From contig CBDASK010000003.1 of assembly GCA_965199495.1 (NCBI GenBank), forward strand, positions 2,816,001 through 2,880,000: a stretch of DNA of 64,000 nucleotides. The letters run 5' to 3'. The translations under genes were made by a program, and so were the position numbers. This stretch comes from Abditibacterium sp. (GTDB taxonomy: Bacteria > Armatimonadota > Abditibacteriia > Abditibacteriales > Abditibacteriaceae). Below are positions 57,915-64,000 of this stretch, piece after piece (position 1 is the stretch's first letter; every line of letters begins with the position of its first letter). The notes under the pieces are model-generated. The model ran no database searches, was not told the origin of the DNA, and saw nothing but the letters and a program-made list of their open reading frames with translations.

Positions 57915-59258
57915 TTACTTCCCGTCCGAATCCATTCCGCCCATCAACTCGTCCATTGACATTTCGTCTTCGGGCGCCGTTTCCATTGCGGGCATCGCGG
58001 GCATTTCCGGCTCGGCCTGAACTGGAGCCACCGGCACATCAACGGGCGCGCTGTCCACCAGATGTCCGTCCGGTTCGATGGCGAACAGCGTATCCAAAGT
58101 CGTCTTCGATTCGCGCGTCGGTTCTTTGGCCGGAACCGCATTGCCGCGCACGTCGAACATCTTTTTGGCCTGTTCTTCGGCAAACTGTTTTTCCGTCCGA
58201 ATGTCAATGCGCCAGCCGGTCAGTTTGGCCGCCAGACGCACGTTTTGGCCTTGCTTTCCGATCGCCAGCGATTGTTGGTCTTCCGAAACAATCACCGTCG
58301 CCGTGCCGGTTTTGCCTTCTTCGATAATCGAGACTTTGATGACCTGCGCGGGCGACAAAGCGTTGGTAATGAACTCGATGGGATCGTCGCTCCAGCGCAC
58401 GATGTCCACCTTTTCGTTGCCCAACTCGCCGACGACTTTGGCGACGCGATTGCCGCGCGGCCCGACGCAAGCGCCGACCGGATCGACGTCGGGATTCTCG
58501 GCGGCGACCGCGATTTTCGAGCGTTGCCCGGCCTCGCGCGCCACGGCTTTGAGTTCGACGATTTTTTCCGCGATTTCGGGCACTTCGCGCGTGAACAGGT
58601 TGCGCAGCAAATCGGGATGCGAACGCGAAACCATGATCGAAGGGCCGCGATAACCCTGGCGCACATCAATGACGAAAACGTAATAACTCTCGCCAAAACG
58701 ATAGGTCTCGCCGTGCGCCTGTTCTTTGAACGGCAGAATCGCTTCGGCCTTGCCCAATTGCATCACGACATCGCCGCGCTCCAAACGCTGCACGATACCG
58801 CAAAACAATTCGCCCTGTTTATCGGAATATTCCGAGGCGACCTGATCGCGTTCGGCGTCGCGCAGTTTCTGCATCAAAACCTGCTTGGCCGTCAGCGCCG
58901 CCACCCGACCGAAACCGGCGGGCGTCACTTCGCGCTCGATGACTTCGCCCAAATTGATGTTCGGGTCTTGCTCGCGCGCCGATTTCCACGCGACTTCGGT
59001 GTTGGGGTTCATCTCTTTCTGCACCACTAATTTCTGCGCGAACACGCGAAAATCGTTGCGCTCGAAATCAGCAGCCACGCGCACGGTGCCCGAACTGCCA
59101 TAGGCGCGCTTGTAGGCCGAAACCAGAGCGCCCTCAATCGAGGAGACCAGAGTTTCGATGGGGATATTTTTTTCGTCGGAGACCAGACGCAGACTTTGCA
59201 GCATATCCGCGCGCTGTTCTTGATCGGTTTTTTTCGGAGTTTTCTTCGCCAGTGCCAT
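57915..59258 (-). CDS. nusA: Transcription termination/antitermination factor NusA
   Basis: FGRVAALTAKQ, SRSHP, AREAGQRSKIAV, PVGACVG and AIGKQGQNVRLAAKLTGW. Confidence 0.98.
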   Translation of the reverse strand: MALAKKTPKKTDQEQRADMLQSLRLVSDEKNIPIETLVSSIEGALVSAYKRAYGSSGTVRVAADFERNDFRVFAQKLVVQKEMNPNTEVAWKSAREQDPNINLGEVIEREVTPAGFGRVAALTAKQVLMQKLRDAERDQVASEYSDKQGELFCGIVQRLERGDVVMQLGKAEAILPFKEQAHGETYRFGESYYVFVIDVRQGYRGPSIMVSRSHPDLLRNLFTREVPEIAEKIVELKAVAREAGQRSKIAVAAENPDVDPVGACVGPRGNRVAKVVGELGNEKVDIVRWSDDPIEFITNALSPAQVIKVSIIEEGKTGTATVIVSEDQQSLAIGKQGQNVRLAAKLTGWRIDIRTEKQFAEEQAKKMFDVRGNAVPAKEPTRESKTTLDTLFAIEPDGHLVDSAPVDVPVAPVQAEPEMPAMPAMETAPEDEMSMDELMGGMDSDGK

Positions 59259-59327
59259 ATTCAGTTGTCCTTTATTTAATTGGATTTGAGCGTTTAACGC
59301 GCTCAAACGCCCCCATTTTGAAGCAAC

Positions 59328-59354
59328 AAAAAAGCGGACGCGTTGCGCCCACTT
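59328..59354 (-). promoter_or_regulatory. rimP/ylxS-leader-like attenuator hairpin upstream of nusA
   Basis: Minus strand AAGTGGGCGC-AAC-GCGTCCGCTT followed by a T-tract, about 70 nt before the nusA start. Confidence 0.6.
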
Positions 59355-59473
59355 GCTCCGCCGTTCTCGCGGAAACTTCGTGCTGTTAAATTCGGTAGCA
59401 ATAAGATTTTACTTCAAATTCATATTTTGGACAATTGACCGACGCACGAAACCGCGCGGCGTGCCGTTTTGGT

Positions 59474-59956
59474 TCATTTGTCATCACGATATAAAGCGAT
59501 AAATTCGCGCAAGCGACGTTCGGTTACGGGATGAAGTTTTGCCGCACGCTCTTCGATTCCCGACTTATGAAGATACGTCCCCGTATAATAAGCGGGCGAA
59601 GATAAATGTATCTGAGCCAAATAATGCGGTTCTCGATAGCTTTTGCGCAATCGAATCGCGTAGCCGCGAGGAATTGGAACGGAGCCACTAAAAGTGCCCA
59701 ATTCATCGGCTTCTCGCCCTCTTTTAAGAAGATAAAACTCATCCAACGTCGCTTTAAATTCATCAATGGGAATCGAAACAGATTTTCCACCATTAACCAA
59801 CTCTACGATTTTCGCCTCGCGCAAGTGCGCGCGTTCCTGCAAATCAAATTGAGTCGGCGTCGGATGCAACTGCTTCCATTTGACGCCGCCAAGCAACGCG
59901 CCTAATAAGAGAGGAAGCAAAACAAACGCGCCCCGATGAAGAAGTTGCTGTTTCAT
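59474..59956 (-). CDS. Hypothetical membrane-anchored protein
   Basis: 160 aa; N-terminal TM; ATGA overlap with the upstream gene; lower GC. Confidence 0.6.
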   Translation of the reverse strand: MKQQLLHRGAFVLLPLLLGALLGGVKWKQLHPTPTQFDLQERAHLREAKIVELVNGGKSVSIPIDEFKATLDEFYLLKRGREADELGTFSGSVPIPRGYAIRLRKSYREPHYLAQIHLSSPAYYTGTYLHKSGIEERAAKLHPVTERRLREFIALYRDDK

Positions 59957-60936
59957 TTCTTCTCCGCTTTCGGTTCCTCGTCCGGCGCCTTGGCAGGCGC
60001 AACTGGCGTCGTCTCGGCTTTTGGTTTCTCCGCCGGAATCACCGGTGGTTTGCCGGTGGGCACGCCGGGTTTGGGCAAAAATTTCTCGATGTCGGGCGGC
60101 GGTTTGGGCAAGGGAATATCGCCAATGGTCGCGGGTTCAGGAAACGATTCGACGGTTTTGGGCGTAGGCGGATTTTTCGGATCGGCGGCGTTGTTGACGG
60201 GGCCAGTCACGCGCCCGCCGTTGTCTACTTGCACGTTGCCGCTGTCTATGAATAGCAACAATTCGTTGGCGAAAAATTGGCGCTTTTCGGCGTTTCCAAA
60301 GCGCACATCGCCCAACAGGCGCGCGGCGTTTTTGGTTTCGTCGTAGATAATCTGATTGCAGGTTCCAACGCCATCGCCCTGCACGATACGAATGTGGCCG
60401 ACCAAAATCGCTTGGCGCGTATCGTAGTTCCAATCCAGACGGTCGCACGCGATGCGCACCGGCTGGCGCTTTTGCTCCGAACGCCGTTTGGCGGCGGCAT
60501 CGGGAGCCACGCCGTCGTTCTCGCCATAAGACGAAACCACGACATCGTCGGTGACCGAGAAAACTTTGGTTACAAAATTGGCGAACAGATTTTTGCCGCG
60601 AATGGTGGATTCGCGCGTTTCAATGCGCAAATTGTCGGTCGCCGTGGCTGTTTTGATCTCGCCATCCGTATTACCTTGACCATCGTCGCGAAAAGAGTTG
60701 GCTTTTTGCGCGTAGAGAATGAAATCTTCGCCCTTCTGCGTCGCCGTCACGTCGCCGGTATAAACGCCGATGCCTTTGGCGTCATTGAAGTTTGCTTGTA
60801 AAGCGCCAAATTCGACGGTGCCATCGGGTAGTGGCGCATTAGCTTCCGTCGCGGTCGGCGGCGCGGCGGGCGTTTGTTGCGCGCGTGCGGCGACGGAGGC
60901 GCAGAAAAGAGCGAGGGCGAGAATCGGAAGTTTCAT
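59953..60936 (-). CDS. LptA/OstA-like beta-jellyroll periplasmic protein
   Basis: Signal peptide ending ARA; GVYTGDV, IACDRLDWNY..AILVGHIRIVQ and CNQIIYD; Pro-rich tail. Confidence 0.75.
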   Translation of the reverse strand: MKLPILALALFCASVAARAQQTPAAPPTATEANAPLPDGTVEFGALQANFNDAKGIGVYTGDVTATQKGEDFILYAQKANSFRDDGQGNTDGEIKTATATDNLRIETRESTIRGKNLFANFVTKVFSVTDDVVVSSYGENDGVAPDAAAKRRSEQKRQPVRIACDRLDWNYDTRQAILVGHIRIVQGDGVGTCNQIIYDETKNAARLLGDVRFGNAEKRQFFANELLLFIDSGNVQVDNGGRVTGPVNNAADPKNPPTPKTVESFPEPATIGDIPLPKPPPDIEKFLPKPGVPTGKPPVIPAEKPKAETTPVAPAKAPDEEPKAEKK

Positions 60937-60947
60937 GGCGATTGGTG

Positions 60948-61041
60948 GCGATGGGAGCGGGGCTGACACACTCTTCCAATCTTGCATGCTTTGGAAGAAT
61001 CCGCGCTGATTGGAAGGGTGCGTCAGCCCCGCTCCCATCGC
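60948..61041. repeat. REP-like doublet, GCGGGGCTGAC..CTTCCAATC family
   Basis: 60948-60981 versus 61008-61041; 34-bp arms with 2 mismatches. Confidence 0.9.
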
Positions 61042-61066
61042 ACCCCACTTTTTCTTTGAGACAAAA

Positions 61067-62791
61067 TCACTCAGCCTTTTCGCTTTTCTCCTCGACCTTT
61101 TTATCAACTTTCTCCGCCAACGGCGGAAGCGACGGCTTTTCCCGCACGAACGGTTTCAATGCCGGCACCAGCGATGCAATCGGCGGCGGCGCTTTTGGCA
61201 GCGCGATATTGCCGGTATTCAGATTATCCGCGCCTGGAAAAACAACGGGCGGCGCGGGTTTAACCGTCGGATTTTTCGCGTTGGCGGCGGGCGAATCCAA
61301 GCCGCTACGAATCGTGATATTAGGCGCGCTCACCAAGCCTTTGTCCACGAAAACGGTGACTTCGTTGCCTACGAATTGCTGGCGTTTCGCGTTGCCAAAG
61401 CGCACGCTGCCGCGTAAATAAACGATATTTTTCGGCTCGTCGTAGATAATTGTGTCGCAGGTGCCGGAATTATCGGCTTGCACGATGCGCAGATTGCCAA
61501 CTAAAGTCGCTTGACGCGTGACGTAATTCCAATCCAAACGGTTGCACGCGATGCGCACCGGTTTGCGCGCGACGCTCGAACGAAAACCGCTCATGCCATC
61601 GCCTTTGTCGTAGGCCGAAATCACGACGTTGCCCGAAATCGAGAGCAATTTTTTGTTGAAATCGCCAAACAGATCGGCGCCGCGAATCGTCGAATTGCGC
61701 GTTGTCACTTTCAAATCGCCCTTGGCGCTCGCCTGACTTTTCGGCTCGCTATAAATCACATCGCTGGCCGAGAGCGAAAACTCTTTGCCGACTTCTTTAA
61801 TCGTGACGCCGCCATTCAAAACGCTGACGCCGTTGGCATCGGTATACGACGAACGCGCGGCGTTAATCACCACGTTGCCCGGCGTTTTGACCGAGGGCGC
61901 GGGGGCAGCCACGGCGGGCGGCGCAATCGGCGCTTGAACCAACAATGCGGCGGGCGCCGTGGCTGCTAACGCGAGGGCGGGCAACAAACGAGGGCGGAAC
62001 ATAGTATTAGGACGCGAATCAGACGAAAAAACGGTGGGCTTTACGCCGACATTTGATTTATCGGTGACAAAGGGTCGCGGCACTTGAACGACGCCCGGAA
62101 CGAAGATAAGTTCGACATCGCGCCCAAAATTGACCTGACGCGTGTTGATGTTGGCCGTCATCTGCGCGCCTCGCAAGACGCCGCCTTTGACGCGCACTTC
62201 GACCGGGCCGGGGCTTTGCAAATCGCCCTTTTCCCATTGGTAACTCAGGTTGGGCGCCGCGAATTCCATGTCGCGCAGATGCGCCTTCACGGAGCCGGGA
62301 ATTTCGACTAATTTTTTGAAATCGAGCCAACGGGCTTGTGGCGTCTCAAACGAAAAATTCTCCGGGCCGCTCGCGTGGACGCCGCCCACGGCATCGAGAT
62401 TTTTCGACAGATTAGAATAGCGCACGCGCGGCGCTGTCATCACAATCCACGGATTGCCGTCGCGAAACAAGACGGCTTTCGAGACTTTGAGCGCCAGCCA
62501 CGCATCGCCGTTGTCCACGACGCGCGCGCTGTCGGCGGCGACTTCCCAGTGTTTTTGGCCGTCGTCGCGCCGCACCAAAAACGATTTCAAACCCTCGATA
62601 ACGAGCGGCGACGACGTGTCGCCCGCGTTTTGCTCGGCGGGCGATTCGGTCGTGACCCAGTTCCACAAACTCACCGCGCCCCAACTCGCCAGTGCCAAAA
62701 CTACAACGCGGCCAATTCGGGAGCGCAGAAACACGCGTAGCGCCCCCGAAAGAGATTCGAGGGCGCTACGCAAAGTTTGGCGTGTCGGCAT
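61067..62791 (-). CDS. LptC-like plus LptA/OstA-like fusion protein
   Basis: TM anchor then DGQKHWEVAADSA (LptC-like); internal signal-peptide-like segment from Met at 62002; C-terminal half paralogous to 59953-60936. Confidence 0.72.
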   Translation of the reverse strand: MPTRQTLRSALESLSGALRVFLRSRIGRVVVLALASWGAVSLWNWVTTESPAEQNAGDTSSPLVIEGLKSFLVRRDDGQKHWEVAADSARVVDNGDAWLALKVSKAVLFRDGNPWIVMTAPRVRYSNLSKNLDAVGGVHASGPENFSFETPQARWLDFKKLVEIPGSVKAHLRDMEFAAPNLSYQWEKGDLQSPGPVEVRVKGGVLRGAQMTANINTRQVNFGRDVELIFVPGVVQVPRPFVTDKSNVGVKPTVFSSDSRPNTMFRPRLLPALALAATAPAALLVQAPIAPPAVAAPAPSVKTPGNVVINAARSSYTDANGVSVLNGGVTIKEVGKEFSLSASDVIYSEPKSQASAKGDLKVTTRNSTIRGADLFGDFNKKLLSISGNVVISAYDKGDGMSGFRSSVARKPVRIACNRLDWNYVTRQATLVGNLRIVQADNSGTCDTIIYDEPKNIVYLRGSVRFGNAKRQQFVGNEVTVFVDKGLVSAPNITIRSGLDSPAANAKNPTVKPAPPVVFPGADNLNTGNIALPKAPPPIASLVPALKPFVREKPSLPPLAEKVDKKVEEKSEKAE

Positions 62792-62882
62792 TAGGGTCGT
62801 TGTGAGCCACGCCCGCAATGGTTAGCGTTGAGTGCGGTTAAGGGTGGCAAATGTTACATTGACGCCGGGAACGGCCCCTTCA

Positions 62883-63731
62883 TTAAGCACCGGGAAGGGT
62901 TGCGGTGGGAGTGGGAGTGTTCGTTGCTATCGGCGTTTTCAGCGGAACCGGGATGACGCCATTCAAGTTGGCGCACACGTTGACACCCGTCAGCGCATTG
63001 ACGCCGGGCGTGAAAGTCGTGGTCGAGCTAATGCCAGCGACGGGCGCGCCCTGATTGCCAGCCGGACTGACTTCCACGCGGAAGGTGCCCTGAGCGGGCA
63101 GCACCGGAATAGAGATGGTGTATTGTCCGGGCACGGTGCTGCCAGCGCCCTGCAAAGGCCGCGTGATCTGGGCGACGATGGGCGCACCAGAAATGTCGCT
63201 CAAGTCGCGCACCGAAATCAGCGCGGCGCCGGTATAAGGTTGCGACGTGGCTGTGCAACTGGTGTTGGCGGCGCTGCCGGGATTGATGAAAATTGTGCCG
63301 CTCAGATTATAAATGCCGTTGCCAGCGTCGCCCTGCACCAGCACGAAGTTTTGCGCGCCCGCTTTGGTCACAACCACTTGACGCGTCGTCGAACCCAGCG
63401 CGGCGCCGTTGTTGCCAAACGCGGTGTAGGTCGCGGTATAAGTGCCGGGCGCGGCGCCGGGGATAACGACCACGCCGTTGTTGTCGGCGGTTCCGGTGAG
63501 GGTTGTGCCATTTCCAGTCAAAGTCACCGTGCCGCCGCGCGAGGCCGAGCCATCGGGCAACACGATACGGAAAGTCGCGCCGACGGGAACGGGCGTGGGA
63601 GCCGTAGTCAGTCCGGCGCCGCCGCCGCCGCCACAACCGGCGAGGTTCACGGTGAGAAATCCACCAAAGACCAGCAACGTGCCGCCCGCGCACAGCGTGG
63701 AGGCTTTCAGTTTCAAAGATTGAAGATTCAT
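62883..63731 (-). CDS. Lipoprotein with carboxypeptidase-regulatory-like (Ig-fold) domains
   Basis: Lipobox LAGC followed by GGGGG; TGTADNNGVVVIPGAAPGTYT. Confidence 0.75.
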   Translation of the reverse strand: MNLQSLKLKASTLCAGGTLLVFGGFLTVNLAGCGGGGGAGLTTAPTPVPVGATFRIVLPDGSASRGGTVTLTGNGTTLTGTADNNGVVVIPGAAPGTYTATYTAFGNNGAALGSTTRQVVVTKAGAQNFVLVQGDAGNGIYNLSGTIFINPGSAANTSCTATSQPYTGAALISVRDLSDISGAPIVAQITRPLQGAGSTVPGQYTISIPVLPAQGTFRVEVSPAGNQGAPVAGISSTTTFTPGVNALTGVNVCANLNGVIPVPLKTPIATNTPTPTATLPGA

Positions 63732-63875
63732 GGGAAATTGCGAATGGAAAACCGACCGCGCCAGCGCGCGACCTCTAAAATAACCGTTCAACGTGTGGCT
63801 CAGACATTAGACCAACGGTTTGAGCCACCAAAAATTGACCTCGCCAGTTTAAGCGATTCGGCGAAGCCGTGTCAT

Positions 63876-64000
63876 CTACCCAAATGTTGGCGGTGCTGGT
63901 GGCTCTCCGCCGGGCGTCGTCCCCACGGTTGGATCAATGGCAATTTGAACCATAGTTGTGCCGATAGTTGCGACAAAATTTTGATTGTAAGTTTTGCCGT
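63876..64000 (-). CDS. C-terminal end of a protein entering from beyond the window
   Basis: Manual translation GKTYNQNFVATIGTTMVQIAIDPTVGTTPGGEPPAPPTFG, stop TAG at 63876-63878. Confidence 0.55.
   Translation of the reverse strand, partial: GKTYNQNFVATIGTTMVQIAIDPTVGTTPGGEPPAPPTFG

Noticed and set aside
2994..61966. GTGGCTGC motif as a Chi or KOPS site
   Set aside because: Copies are about equally split between strands within one 64-kb region, whereas Chi and KOPS are strongly oriented along a replichore.
1..64000. CRISPR array, tRNA/rRNA, integrase, transposase or prophage
   Set aside because: No regularly spaced direct repeats, cloverleafs or recognisable mobile-element or phage proteins were seen; the repeats are dispersed inverted pairs.

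Overview
Bacterial chromosomal window, GC-rich by eye, mostly housekeeping genes. Gene style suggests Abditibacteriota/Armatimonadota; this is an inference, not verified. Core genes include a partial class A PBP, dusB, trpE, rnhA, ruvC, an HtrA protease, accB/accC/nusB, fba, nagZ, leuB, nusA-ylxR-infB and Lpt-like genes. There are several large secreted glycan-active or adhesin-like proteins, a 6S RNA, and a ~12 kb stress region: SF2 helicase, Zn-ribbon protein, a Ter-type operon (TerD-vWA, TerD, PRTase-TRSP, StiP/PELOTA, Cys-tailed YidD-like, HAD, TerB), photolyase and DUF4268 nuclease. I saw no tRNA, rRNA, CRISPR array, integrase or transposase. Signals not explained by the gene list: (1) a non-palindromic motif ATGCAGCCAC/GTGGCTGCAT repeated on both strands and in several reading frames, resembling an uptake sequence; (2) at least seven unrelated families of intergenic inverted-repeat elements, four of which have 51-52 bp spacers; (3) a shared C-terminal S-[GA]-G-[NS]-S end on two CSLREA/choice-of-anchor-Q proteins, a candidate sorting signal; (4) FabZ-LpxA and LptC-LptA fusions; (5) a likely 1-bp frameshift near the end of dusB. 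All calls are by-eye motif recognition; no searches were run.
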